The notes beneath the pieces are model-generated. The model was not told the origin of the DNA. It saw nothing but the letters and a program-made list of their open reading frames with translations, and searched no databases. A program made the translations under genes and the position numbers. This document shows positions 31,216-41,452 of a stretch of DNA of 64,000 nucleotides, piece by piece; the stretch's first letter is position 1, and every line of letters starts with the position of its first letter. This DNA comes from an uncultured virus (IMG/VR IMGVR_UViG_3300031419_000541) (lineage: Duplodnaviria; Heunggongvirae; Uroviricota; Caudoviricetes). The DNA is taken from the IMG/VR virus record IMGVR_UViG_3300031419_000541. One strand, given 5' to 3'.

Positions 31216-32847
31216 TTATAAACGATTTATTTTAGCTTGTGCTATTTCTCTTGGTTCAATAAAGGTATGTTCAAAAAGATCGATAAGATTTATAGAAATT
31301 AATAAGATTAATTTTTGATAATGTTGCTCATTAAAATTTTTGATAAAAGAAGGTTTTTTTGCCTCACGATTAACTAAGTTGATATATAAAGAAGAGGGAT
31401 TATTTTTATGAAAGTTATCTTTATCACCGATAAGCAAAGGATGTGTATTATCAAAAAAAGGAAAAATAATACCATTAAATATATCTTTTTTGCATAGCTT
31501 CCATAATTCTAATGTGGGAATAATAATACTATTAAAATGTTGAAAGAGGTCATTTTTAAGGAAATCATCATAGTGTGATATATTCAGATTTTTATAATCA
31601 AAAATTTCTGGTATAAGTCCTAACGAGAGATGATTGAACCAAAGAGCCATTTGAGGTGAATTTAATGTGTTATTAATAAATTCGGTCATGACACTTGTAT
31701 AATTAAATTTATCACATACTTTAAGGTAATCAATTAATTCTGTTTTTTTGGATTCAAACAATAAAATATTACTCTTAGTGGTGCTATAAGCAATATCGAA
31801 ATTTTGTTCAGAAATAACCATTTGAGGATAAGGTATATAGCGATTTATAGAAATTAATTTTTTTAATGCTCTACCATTATCTGCCAGCCAGTTCCACTGG
31901 TGTAAATAAGGAGCATGTCCTAATTTTAATGCGCAACAAAGAAGAATAGCTTCTTTTTCTTCTGTAAGAGTATAATCCATATCACATAAAAATGTTTTCA
32001 AATCACTAAGATTAATTTTTTTGAAAAAAAGAGGATGTTGATGTAATAAAGCAATTAATAAGATATCAATATTAAAGATGATATCTTTAGGTAATTTTTG
32101 ATATAAATCATTAAGACTTATGATTGTATTATCAATAATACAATTAGGTAATTTATCATGAAAAGATAATGAATCATAATTAAAATTATCTTTATTGATT
32201 AGGTTAGCTTGCCCCATATTTTTCTTTAAAAAAGTATTAAAATTTTTAATTCCCTTAAAGTCGTTATTAAAAAACATAAGAGATAAAAGATTATCCAATA
32301 CGAGATTGAGACCCATTCCAATTTTTCTTGAGTCAATTGAAAATAAAGAATCTGGATCAAGATAATGTTCACTCAAAAAATGAGCCATATTTTCAAAAGC
32401 AGCAACTTTATGGGAGAAATAATGCTGAATGCAAACCTCATAAAATAATATTAATACAAATTGTGGATTAATTTTTAACGCATTGCATTCAGAGATAATA
32501 TTATTAATGTAGCGTGAGAAAAGTGAGCGAGGATAACTTTCTCCATATTCATTAAGCATAAACAGAAAATCAAGATTTTCTGCAATACAACATAGTGATT
32601 CTTGAGTATCTTTTTCAAGAGAAGAAATGTCTGCAATGTTATTATTAAAAATAAAGTTTTTTATTCGTTTATGAGGAACTTGCTTTTTTTGAGCATGGCA
32701 AAAAATAGCAAGAACATGTTCATATAGAGGATTATAAAAAATATCGTAATTATTATTTTTTAATTGTTCAAGATCGTTAAATTTAAAAAAGCGAAGCTTT
32801 TTATTTTTTTCTGTATAGACAGAATTCAAAAAAGAAAAAGAAATCAT
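31216..32847 (-). CDS. hypothetical protein with C-terminal tag
   Basis: 543 aa; ends KINRL. Confidence 0.85.
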   Translation of the reverse strand: MISFSFLNSVYTEKNKKLRFFKFNDLEQLKNNNYDIFYNPLYEHVLAIFCHAQKKQVPHKRIKNFIFNNNIADISSLEKDTQESLCCIAENLDFLFMLNEYGESYPRSLFSRYINNIISECNALKINPQFVLILFYEVCIQHYFSHKVAAFENMAHFLSEHYLDPDSLFSIDSRKIGMGLNLVLDNLLSLMFFNNDFKGIKNFNTFLKKNMGQANLINKDNFNYDSLSFHDKLPNCIIDNTIISLNDLYQKLPKDIIFNIDILLIALLHQHPLFFKKINLSDLKTFLCDMDYTLTEEKEAILLCCALKLGHAPYLHQWNWLADNGRALKKLISINRYIPYPQMVISEQNFDIAYSTTKSNILLFESKKTELIDYLKVCDKFNYTSVMTEFINNTLNSPQMALWFNHLSLGLIPEIFDYKNLNISHYDDFLKNDLFQHFNSIIIPTLELWKLCKKDIFNGIIFPFFDNTHPLLIGDKDNFHKNNPSSLYINLVNREAKKPSFIKNFNEQHYQKLILLISINLIDLFEHTFIEPREIAQAKINRL

Positions 32848-32893
32848 ATCTGAACCTTTTAATAATAAAAGCCCTTTTCAGGGCTTTTGAAAA

Positions 32894-33409
32894 TTAGTGA
32901 TTGCTCTTAAAAATAACGGAATCCTGTTCACAGGCTAACGTTCGATTTTCAGCAGACATCTCACCTAGCATTTGATTATTTAATTTAATCTGATTTTTAT
33001 GTTTAACGTTTTCACTGATATTCATACACAAACTCTTAATGAAAGGCAGTCGCTTATCCAAGGCAACAGAGAACTCGTTTTGTGTAAAAGAAAGCGAGTA
33101 TTTAGCAAGCTGAGAAGTAAAATAAGGATCATTAACCAGACCAGGTGAGAAAATTTTCTTATCTACGCCATCCTGAACAGACGTTGCTGTTGTTTTTGTA
33201 GCAGCAAAATCATCAAGCGCCTGAGTAATTTGAATAAGTGCATGCTCTTCAACCTGTTTCATTGATGAAGCAACAAGGCCAACAAACAATGCTACAGAGA
33301 CAATGAGAAAACCAATTGAATGGTAATAGCGATATTTTTTGCTAAAAAGAGAATAAATAGCAAACAAAGCAAAAAATACGGTCATTAAGAAAAGAATGAT
33401 AAGCAACAT
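32894..33409 (-). CDS. membrane-anchored periplasmic protein
   Basis: Two N-terminal TMs, two Cys in the soluble domain. Confidence 0.75.
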   Translation of the reverse strand: MLLIILFLMTVFFALFAIYSLFSKKYRYYHSIGFLIVSVALFVGLVASSMKQVEEHALIQITQALDDFAATKTTATSVQDGVDKKIFSPGLVNDPYFTSQLAKYSLSFTQNEFSVALDKRLPFIKSLCMNISENVKHKNQIKLNNQMLGEMSAENRTLACEQDSVIFKSNH

Positions 33410-33514
33410 GGTAAAGGTATCCTGTTTAAAATGTACTTTAATATAGCAAAAGTAGGATTTAATTGCAAGAAGAATGAAATTTGCATATAATAATTAAAAC
33501 AACCGGAGGCTGAC

Positions 33515-34045
33515 ATGTTTAAAAGAGCTTATAAAGAAAAAAAGGAAATAGCTGATTTTAAAAAAAGATACAGTGCTGGGGAAATCCACTCAGAACCAGT
33601 AATAAATTTTTCAAATGAGGCTTTCACTTGCAAAAATACATCATTTAATGAGTGGTCAGACAATTATAGCCGTATTATTATAGTTAATAATTTCAGGAAT
33701 GAATATCTGGAAGCAACCTTTGGTAAATGTGATTTTTCTTTCAGAGGTAATCGCTTATATAAAAATTATTTACTCGACTTTAATAATACCGTATTTATTG
33801 TAGCCACAACAATTGAAGTTGTTATTAATAATAAAAAAGATAGAAATCAGTTATTAACCGACATTGGTGATTTTGAAAAAATGCTTGCTACTGAAGTCTT
33901 AAAATTCAAGCTGAATCAATTAAAATCGCCCAAAAATGAATCAGAAGAAAAGCTTTCATTGTATCTGTCTGATATAAAGACTGATGATAACGGAAATATT
34001 ATCTGGAATAAAGAAATACAAAAAAAATCTAAAATGAAAATTTAA
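33515..34045 (+). CDS. hypothetical protein (basic C-terminus KKSKMKI)
   Basis: GGAGG RBS; terminator 34050-34073. Confidence 0.8.
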   Translation: MFKRAYKEKKEIADFKKRYSAGEIHSEPVINFSNEAFTCKNTSFNEWSDNYSRIIIVNNFRNEYLEATFGKCDFSFRGNRLYKNYLLDFNNTVFIVATTIEVVINNKKDRNQLLTDIGDFEKMLATEVLKFKLNQLKSPKNESEEKLSLYLSDIKTDDNGNIIWNKEIQKKSKMKI

Positions 34046-34086
34046 AAAGAAACCTCCGATTAAGGAGGTTTTATTGTATGTTCATA

Positions 34087-34809
34087 TTAAATTGTTTTAT
34101 TTACAATTGCTTCAAACTGAGCAAGAGATACCTTATCATTAATAAGGTAGCGATTAATGTTAAATATATTGACCGTGTTAACATTAATAGTGCCTGCACC
34201 TACACCAAACCCAGCCTGATAGCCATTGTTTTTTATTGCTTTGAGCAGTTTCGGCGTTTTTAGTCCATAAGGATAAATATAAACAGGAACAAACTGACCT
34301 GTATTTTTAATCATTTGTGCTTTACTTATCGAGACATCATAATCAGGTTTTCCTAAAAAGTCTTTAGTGAAATGGGTATGGGAATGATTAACATAAGTAA
34401 AAGGATAATTTTTATAAGTATCAAAGTCACTTTTTTGAAGATAGGTTTTATTTTTATACATCTGATATTCTGTGACTAATGCAAAGGTTGCCGGATAATT
34501 ATATTTGATTAATTTGTCCATGGCATTTTTCTGAGAAGCCCAGCCGTCATCAAAGGTAATAACGACGCTTTTGGGTGGTAAACTTGTTTTGGTTTTAATC
34601 GCATTTACCAAATCAAGACTTGAGATAACATTAAAATGATTAGCATGAAGATAATCAATTTGTTGCTGAAAGTTTTCCGGTCGGGTATTCATATCAGTAG
34701 AATGCTCAGTAATGGTGTGATACATAAGAACAACAGCATCAACGTGGGCAGAAACAGAAAAAGTCAATGGAAGAATAGAGAGTGACAATGCCAGTGTCAA
34801 AGTTTTCAT
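34087..34809 (-). CDS. secreted polysaccharide deacetylase (CE4/NodB homology)
   Basis: Signal peptide; LMYH, ITFDDG, NHSHTH and YPYG motifs. Confidence 0.9.
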   Translation of the reverse strand: MKTLTLALSLSILPLTFSVSAHVDAVVLMYHTITEHSTDMNTRPENFQQQIDYLHANHFNVISSLDLVNAIKTKTSLPPKSVVITFDDGWASQKNAMDKLIKYNYPATFALVTEYQMYKNKTYLQKSDFDTYKNYPFTYVNHSHTHFTKDFLGKPDYDVSISKAQMIKNTGQFVPVYIYPYGLKTPKLLKAIKNNGYQAGFGVGAGTINVNTVNIFNINRYLINDKVSLAQFEAIVNKTI

Positions 34810-34917
34810 AAAAGTCCTTAAAGAAGAGAAATAGCGTATATTTTTTAGTATTATACGCTATTCTTCAAAAGGATTAGTGCCAGAAATAAGTTTATTTTGT
34901 AATTATTGACGAATGGT

Positions 34918-35574
34918 TTAAATACGATTTGTTTGTTTTGGTTTTGTGTGTGGCTCAATTTTAACAATATCATTTAAAATTTGTTTATCACGAAATGCGT
35001 GATAGGCAGCAGACATATACGTTATTCTGACGTGATCTTTCATGATATCCAGCAAAGAATAGGAATCCAGAACAGTATCATGAAGATGAAAGTTAGCTCC
35101 GCCACCCGCACTCAGGTGTTGATATTCATAATGATAAGCAGCCATCTCAGAGTCATTAAAATTAAGAATCCGCTGAAAAATTTGTTCATATTTAAAGAGA
35201 TTATCAGGGTTTTGCAGGAAAACGGCTAAGTCGATATGAAACTGTTTTAACATATCAAATTCCTGCCCAATGCAGTCATATATAAGCGTAAAGTCGCCAG
35301 GGTAAAAGCCGTTTTCTTCGCTACATGTTTTATTAACAACGTCAACTGTTTCTGCAGGAACACGGGGGATATGAAAATTCAGCAATTGCTGAAGAATATA
35401 AGGTTCACGAATAATATCTTCATGATGATTATCCATATATTCCTGTAAAGAAGGTACGAAATCAGGAACATAATAGTGTTTGCGTTGCTTTACTGCCATT
35501 TCAAGATGGGTAGGTTTACGAAATAACATTTTCAGCTTATCTGACCAGTTTTTTCTGTAATATTCGTTGCGCAT
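34918..35574 (-). CDS. hypothetical protein with C-terminal tag; paralog of 35577-36188
   Basis: LEMAVKQ..VPDFVP versus LEIALSQ..IPNFIP; ends TNRI. Confidence 0.8.
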   Translation of the reverse strand: MRNEYYRKNWSDKLKMLFRKPTHLEMAVKQRKHYYVPDFVPSLQEYMDNHHEDIIREPYILQQLLNFHIPRVPAETVDVVNKTCSEENGFYPGDFTLIYDCIGQEFDMLKQFHIDLAVFLQNPDNLFKYEQIFQRILNFNDSEMAAYHYEYQHLSAGGGANFHLHDTVLDSYSLLDIMKDHVRITYMSAAYHAFRDKQILNDIVKIEPHTKPKQTNRI

Positions 35575-35576
35575 AA

Positions 35577-36188
35577 CTATAATCTCATGGAAATGGGTTT
35601 AATTTTATTTTCAACGCTAAGTGTATCAGAAAGGCACTGTTTTTGCCAATAACTATTAAAGACATCACTTGCCAGAACCGTTTCAATTCTGTTTTTAATG
35701 TGAAGGAATAAAAAATCATGAAAATAATCAAAGGTAATTGCTGAAGAACTAACGCTAAGAACTGTCTTGTTTTGATTAGCAAAAATATGCTCAAAGAGCG
35801 ATTTATATTTAACCACTATTTCATGATTACAAAAAAAATGATCAAGTTCAGCAGAAAAATTCATCATATTATTCAGCTTTTTTTTGTCTTTACAGGGATA
35901 AAAAAACTTATGCGGAGCAAGCTGAATATTTTTATCTGGATAAATTGTCGATACTTTATTGTAGTGATACATTTTAACCATAAGCATGGAACGAATTTTT
36001 TCAGGATTAAGCATTATTGCAGATTCATTTTTTTCAATATAATCAATAAAAAGAGGAATAAAGTTCGGAATGCTGAATTTGTCATTTTGACTGAGAGCAA
36101 TTTCCAGAGGATGGGCATTTATTTTTTTAAGCAATACCTTTTTGAATGCGGAATAAGGCTTTTTAAGGATATTGTTGAACATAATCAT
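35577..36188 (-). CDS. hypothetical protein with C-terminal tag; paralog of 34918-35574
   Basis: Ends SMRL. Confidence 0.8.
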   Translation of the reverse strand: MIMFNNILKKPYSAFKKVLLKKINAHPLEIALSQNDKFSIPNFIPLFIDYIEKNESAIMLNPEKIRSMLMVKMYHYNKVSTIYPDKNIQLAPHKFFYPCKDKKKLNNMMNFSAELDHFFCNHEIVVKYKSLFEHIFANQNKTVLSVSSSAITFDYFHDFLFLHIKNRIETVLASDVFNSYWQKQCLSDTLSVENKIKPISMRL

Positions 36189-36317
36189 ACCTTTTAAATG
36201 ATAATAAATTAATTATATCTAAATTCCAAAATAAGCACAAGAATATTTATTTTCAATTGAAATTAATGATATTTAATGTTATCCTAAAATGTAAAAAAAT
36301 AATAATCAGGGATAATC

Positions 36318-37388
36318 ATGTTTAAAGCAATTAGATATATAGGTTCAAAACAAAAAGTCTTAGATTTTCTTGAAGAAAATTTATTCTCCCTTTTAAATAA
36401 AGGTGACAGCTTTTTTGAAGGGTTTGCCGGAACGGGTATTGTATCACAGTTTTTAGCTGAAAATAAGGAAGATATAAAAATCAGTGGTGGTGATATTTCT
36501 CTTTACTCAGAAATCATGTTCAATATTCTGAATATTGGAGTTTATGAGGTTTCTCAGTCTTTACTTGACCGTTTTTTTGAAGAACTGAATACTTTACCAT
36601 TAATGGAAGGTGTTTGTTTTAACGAATTCTCTGAGGGTGGGACGCCTACGACTTTTGACGAGAGCAGAAACTTTTTTCACAGAGAAACAGGAAAAACTAT
36701 TGATACCTACCGTTTTCTGGTCAAAAAGTATCTTGAAGAAGGTCTTGTGACCGAAGGTCAGGCAAAAATTTTATTATTTTATATTCTGGCTTACTCATGT
36801 AAAATGGCAAATACGACATCAGTATTTGGTGCATATTTAAAATCTCCACCAAAATATGAAAAACTTCATATTGAGTATGTTAATAAAATAAACAGTCAGT
36901 TAACTAAAATAGCTGAATTGAAAAATGAATCTGTTTTCTATTTAGGCGATATTGTTTCTAATTTAAAGAAAATAGAAGCAAAAAATGTTATTTACCTGGA
37001 TCCTCCTTATTCAACCAGAAGATATGAAAGCAACTATCATATTCTCAATTTCATTATGGATCTCAACTTCTCAGCTTCAGAATTGAAACAGGGTTCTAAA
37101 ACTGCCCAGCCAATATTTATGGCTTCTAATCCTTTTGGTAAAAAGAAAGAAACCGAAATTATTTTTGGCAACATGATTCTGGAAGGCGTTAATAAAAGTA
37201 ATCATTTAGCAATAAGTTATAATACTGACGGCGTTATCAAACAGGACTGGATACAAAATTTCTGTGATAAGCACAATCTGATACTCGATACCAAAAAAAT
37301 GCACTATAAGCGTTTTAAGTCCAAAGTAGAAGTTACTAATACTGATACACTGGAAGAAATATTGTGGATAATCAGAAAAGCAAATTAA
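36318..37388 (+). CDS. N6-adenine DNA methyltransferase (D12 class)
   Basis: RYIGSK, FAGTG motif I, YLDPPY motif IV. Confidence 0.9.
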   Translation: MFKAIRYIGSKQKVLDFLEENLFSLLNKGDSFFEGFAGTGIVSQFLAENKEDIKISGGDISLYSEIMFNILNIGVYEVSQSLLDRFFEELNTLPLMEGVCFNEFSEGGTPTTFDESRNFFHRETGKTIDTYRFLVKKYLEEGLVTEGQAKILLFYILAYSCKMANTTSVFGAYLKSPPKYEKLHIEYVNKINSQLTKIAELKNESVFYLGDIVSNLKKIEAKNVIYLDPPYSTRRYESNYHILNFIMDLNFSASELKQGSKTAQPIFMASNPFGKKKETEIIFGNMILEGVNKSNHLAISYNTDGVIKQDWIQNFCDKHNLILDTKKMHYKRFKSKVEVTNTDTLEEILWIIRKAN

Positions 37389-37508
37389 ATTAAAGAGAGA
37401 AGACTTTGGTCTTCTTTTTTTTAATTCAGATAATAATAAATATTTATCTGTCTTTAATTTGAAAAGGATGTAAAACAATGTTACCATGATGGATAAAAAT
37501 ATAAAAAT

Positions 37509-38465
37509 ATGAGGCAAGTAAGTATTATGGAGTATAGAAAAGTAGGAACTCTTTTTAATTATATCGGTGGAAAAGGTTGGTTAAAAGACCGTTTAAGACT
37601 GGAAACAGATAGTGTATTAAAAAATAATTCAGACATAACTATGTATGTAGAGCCTTTTGCAGGAGGTTTGGGTGCCTTTTTAGGTATTTATGACGTTTTG
37701 CTGGAGAATAATGTCAGAAAAATTATTTTAAACGATATAAATACAAAGATTATTAACTTTTATTCAATTGTTAAAACTTCGCCGCACTCATTAATAAAAG
37801 AATATATGATAATTGAGAATGAATATAAAAACTTAATTTTATCAGAAACCCGTAAATTAAATAAGACTAAAGATAAACTGCTAATTAAAGAGCAATTAAA
37901 GAAAGCCTGTGATTATTATATGGCAGTCAGAGAAGCATTTAACCATACAGAAACGGTTGGAGTACAAAGTGCGGCTCGATTATTGTTCCTTCAGAATCAT
38001 TGCTTTAACGGGGTTTACAGAGAGAATAGTAAAGGTTTTTATAATACTCCTTTCAACTGGGATCATAAAATTTTTGAAGAAAATAAGATTATTAAAAAAG
38101 TTGAGGATGTGCATGAAGTTTTCAAACTTTTTGATATCGAACTCAGAACAGGTTCTTTTGAAGAACTGGAGTTTACCAATAACGCGTTATATTATCTTGA
38201 TCCGCCTTATATTAATGAAGACGAACTGGTAGAAAATAAATACAGTAAAGGCGGTTTTGATGCAAAAATGCAATTACTGTTAATTAAATCTATTGAGCAT
38301 GTTCCTTTTATTTACAGTAATCATAAACATCCTCTTTTATTGAGTGAATTTAATAATATGGCGGGTGAAATAACAGTTAATGAAATTGGAAGAAAGAATA
38401 TTATCAGTGCCTCCAATGAAAGTCGTAAAACAGATAAGCTGGAAATACTGGTTGTAAGAAAATAA
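37509..38465 (+). CDS. Dam-like N6-adenine DNA methyltransferase
   Basis: YIGGK, YVEPFAGG, NDIN, FNGVYRENSKGFYNTPF and YLDPPY motifs. Confidence 0.9.
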   Translation: MRQVSIMEYRKVGTLFNYIGGKGWLKDRLRLETDSVLKNNSDITMYVEPFAGGLGAFLGIYDVLLENNVRKIILNDINTKIINFYSIVKTSPHSLIKEYMIIENEYKNLILSETRKLNKTKDKLLIKEQLKKACDYYMAVREAFNHTETVGVQSAARLLFLQNHCFNGVYRENSKGFYNTPFNWDHKIFEENKIIKKVEDVHEVFKLFDIELRTGSFEELEFTNNALYYLDPPYINEDELVENKYSKGGFDAKMQLLLIKSIEHVPFIYSNHKHPLLLSEFNNMAGEITVNEIGRKNIISASNESRKTDKLEILVVRK

Positions 38466-38480
38466 GATTAACTCAAAAGA

Positions 38481-38507
38481 AAAAAGAGGCTTATGCCTCT
38501 TTTTTTT
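38481..38507. terminator. bidirectional terminator between MTase and REase
   Basis: AAAAAGAGGC ttat GCCTCTTTTT. Confidence 0.75.
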
Positions 38508-38510
38508 ATC

Positions 38511-40202
38511 TCACAAATTAATGAAGTCGTTAATTGATAATCGTTTATTATCAGAACTATCTTCTTTCACCATAGTCAGTAAGCAGGCATTTTCATTATT
38601 AAGATTTTGTTTGAGATTGTGAATCAATTCATTGAGATCAATGTCTTTTTGTGAGAAAAACAAGGCTTTAAATTGTTCAAAGGAAACGGGAATGTAAAAA
38701 ATATCACGTTTTACAAGTACGTTTCCAAGATTATAAAATAAAAAATCTTCATGAATTTTTTCATCAGGATTATTGGCAAGCACAATAAAGACGACAGTCG
38801 GTTTTTTATTTTCTGCATAAATAGCTTCTGCATGTTCTTTAACAGAAGGAACTTCATTTTTACGCGCATTCAGTCCTCGTTGTGTCGAACTTTCAACGAT
38901 AATGTTCATGTCGTCAAAATGCACAGAAAAGTCTGCAACTCCTGCTGTGGTAGAATTTTTAAAGTTTCCTTCTTCATCCATTTTAATGGCAAAGCAAAGA
39001 TTTTTTGAATGCAGAATTTTATGTTTTTTAAATTTAAGGAAGTGAGCCATGATATAATTATTAACATGTTCGAAATTATACCATGTAGGATTTGTTTCAT
39101 GTTCAATAATGGCAGCATTGATTTCAGAAGTCTGCTGTTCAGGATTTTGATAATTCAGATAAATATTCTTTTTATCTTCTTTGAGTTTATAGAAGCGGTA
39201 AGCAACTGGATCTTCTATATTAATCATGTGATTTTGCTGAATGAAAGCTATTTCAAACGTTTTAAGATTTTCAATAAGTGCATTTTTAATGAGTTTTTCA
39301 TGAACATATGCATAGGAATGGTTAATGAAATAACTCAGTTTGCTGGAAAAATTAGTATTAAACGTAAAAGATTGATCCATAAATTGATTAATATGGCGGA
39401 AACAATACGTGCCATTCATAGTGCGGCACAGTACATCAATATAATCACGAGCAGTAGCAGGTTTAACGAATTTTTGTGTTTCGGTGGTGTTTTGAGTAAC
39501 TATTTTATCGACGGTAGATTTGATAAAGGCTGAATAATGAGCATGTTGATCTTTTTCTTTTTCAAAAAGGAAACGTTGTTCGACAATAAACTGAGCCATT
39601 TTTAATGATGTATTCGTCTTATTTTTAACAAACCATGGTCCAAGAACGTACAGCATTTCAAGTTCTTTTCTTGATACACCTAAACGACAACGCTTATTTT
39701 CATGAATCCAGATGTTCTCAATATGTTGAATAAGTGAATATGTAAAATCCAGATTCCCTCTTTTCTTCATTATATAAAGAAGAAGTGTGCTGATAACCTC
39801 AGTATTATTAGCACTGCTGTTACTGTTAGTATTGAACATGGAATAATCGTAGGGGGTCTTATAGAAGCAGATTGTATCACGGTTTGATTTATAAGAAATA
39901 AGCCCCAGAACATTAAGTTCACTTAATTTTTTCTTATACGCGCTAAGAGAAGGCGTTCCCTGATCATCAACTGAACAGTATGTGTTGTATAATAATTCGC
40001 TATTTGCAGAAGCAAAATCCATAAATTTTTTCAAAGGGATATTCTGGTCATATCCATATTGCTTTATAAAAGCATCAACAAATTGAAAAAATGTATTGAT
40101 TCTCTGTGTCTCACGAATAGTAGAGTTAACTACATACAGAGATGTTTTGTTTTTCTCATCAATAATAAATGGGACTTCCTGATTTTCAAAATAAACAGAC
40201 AT
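38511..40202 (-). CDS. putative type IIS restriction endonuclease (AlwI/FokI-like C-terminal nuclease)
   Basis: TAGVADF...IIVESSTQRG...NEVPSVKEH resembles the AlwI-family GxPD..VEVT..G..E..PV.RH motif; adjacent to two MTases. Confidence 0.65.
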   Translation of the reverse strand: MSVYFENQEVPFIIDEKNKTSLYVVNSTIRETQRINTFFQFVDAFIKQYGYDQNIPLKKFMDFASANSELLYNTYCSVDDQGTPSLSAYKKKLSELNVLGLISYKSNRDTICFYKTPYDYSMFNTNSNSSANNTEVISTLLLYIMKKRGNLDFTYSLIQHIENIWIHENKRCRLGVSRKELEMLYVLGPWFVKNKTNTSLKMAQFIVEQRFLFEKEKDQHAHYSAFIKSTVDKIVTQNTTETQKFVKPATARDYIDVLCRTMNGTYCFRHINQFMDQSFTFNTNFSSKLSYFINHSYAYVHEKLIKNALIENLKTFEIAFIQQNHMINIEDPVAYRFYKLKEDKKNIYLNYQNPEQQTSEINAAIIEHETNPTWYNFEHVNNYIMAHFLKFKKHKILHSKNLCFAIKMDEEGNFKNSTTAGVADFSVHFDDMNIIVESSTQRGLNARKNEVPSVKEHAEAIYAENKKPTVVFIVLANNPDEKIHEDFLFYNLGNVLVKRDIFYIPVSFEQFKALFFSQKDIDLNELIHNLKQNLNNENACLLTMVKEDSSDNKRLSINDFINL

Positions 40203-40478
40203 TTCGTTTCCTTATTATAGATATAATAAAGAAGTTTATTATACTTTATAGTTTGAAATCAATATTTATTTTAATTTAGTTAATCTTTTTTCTTGATTTT
40301 TATTATTTTATTTAAATAAAGAGACGTTATGAGACTTTATAGGATGTCATTGGAAAATTGGAAATAAGAGAAATGAAATTGTAACAAAAAATGACAAAAT
40401 AAAATTTATTTTTTATAAATGAAAAGAGAAATTTATAAAACTTATTGAAAAATAAAGAATTTTTATGAATAAAAAAGC

Positions 40479-40507
40479 TTGTACTTCCAGAAGGATTACG
40501 TTATGAT
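40479..40507 (+). promoter_or_regulatory. sigma70 promoter
   Basis: TTGTAC-N17-TATGAT. Confidence 0.55.
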
Positions 40508-40559
40508 TTTGTTCATGCAGTAAGAACCCTATTCTATCAATACTAATGAGAAACAGACT

Positions 40560-41390
40560 ATGTTAAAAGTAATGCGTTATAATGACAAAGTGGTATCTGG
40601 CTATCTGATCAACGATGACGGTCAGGTCTTCCAGAGTCGCGGTGCAAAACGTGTTCCTGTGAATTACTTTTTAAAGAATGGAACCTATTTCTTTAAAATT
40701 ATCATGAATGGTAAAATGGCTGACGTGCCAGCTCTGGATCTGGTTTTATCTAATTTTACAGATAAACCTTCTGATTACAAAGCTGTTGCTTCATTTAACC
40801 GTGTGGTTATCAATGAAAAAAATCCATTAAAATTGAGCAATTTATACTGGAAAAAACTGGATTCTGTGAAATCTGGTGAGGCTTTTTATGCCAGTGAGTT
40901 TGAACAACAATTCATGCGTCAGGTTTTTGTCAGCGGCGTTCTGACTGCGATTAAGATTAATGAACATGGTCAGGTATTCAATTCAGCAGGCAAAGAAATT
41001 AAACCAAAGCTATCGCGTTTAGGTAAGCCTTATCTGGAAATTAACATGCCTTTCAACATGGGTATGAAATCGGTTAATCTGGCAGATATCGTTGCTGAAA
41101 CCTATCATGTGCCAAAGAATGATTTTTTGATTAACTATCATATTTCTTTCCTGGATAAAGATAAGAAGAACTGTGCCAAGAACAATGTAATTCTTTGGCC
41201 GGAAGGACATTCAGGTATTGCACGTAAGAAAATTGTAAAAGTTCTGAAAGATGGAAAATTCTTTGGCGTATTTGACAGTGTTAAAAAATGCAGTGAGATT
41301 ATTAATATTCCCCGTCGCCGTGTGAGTGAAATTTTGAAAACAGGTTGCAGCAAGAATGGCTTCGAAGTCATGCATATTAATCTTTCATAA
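40560..41390 (+). CDS. NUMOD4/HNH/NUMOD1-like protein, tandem and apparently catalytically degenerate
   Basis: YLINDDGQV and INEHGQV, LADIVAETY, LDKDKKNCAKNNVILW, FDSVKKCSEIINI motifs. Confidence 0.7.
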   Translation: MLKVMRYNDKVVSGYLINDDGQVFQSRGAKRVPVNYFLKNGTYFFKIIMNGKMADVPALDLVLSNFTDKPSDYKAVASFNRVVINEKNPLKLSNLYWKKLDSVKSGEAFYASEFEQQFMRQVFVSGVLTAIKINEHGQVFNSAGKEIKPKLSRLGKPYLEINMPFNMGMKSVNLADIVAETYHVPKNDFLINYHISFLDKDKKNCAKNNVILWPEGHSGIARKKIVKVLKDGKFFGVFDSVKKCSEIINIPRRRVSEILKTGCSKNGFEVMHINLS

Positions 41391-41452
41391 TCAAAAAAAT
41401 AAATCTGACAGCGCCTCTATGGGGCGCTTTGTCGTATCTGCAGGAAATAAAA

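Noticed and set aside
22875..37420. Four similar AAGAAG...CTTCTTTT hairpins (about 22875, 24194, 25340, 37392) as a repeat family
   Set aside because: Short and low-complexity, all at gene ends; adequately explained as intrinsic terminators.
40203..40559. Replication origin in the long AT-rich gap
   Set aside because: No adjacent rep gene, clear long iterons or DnaA box cluster; explained by divergent promoters.
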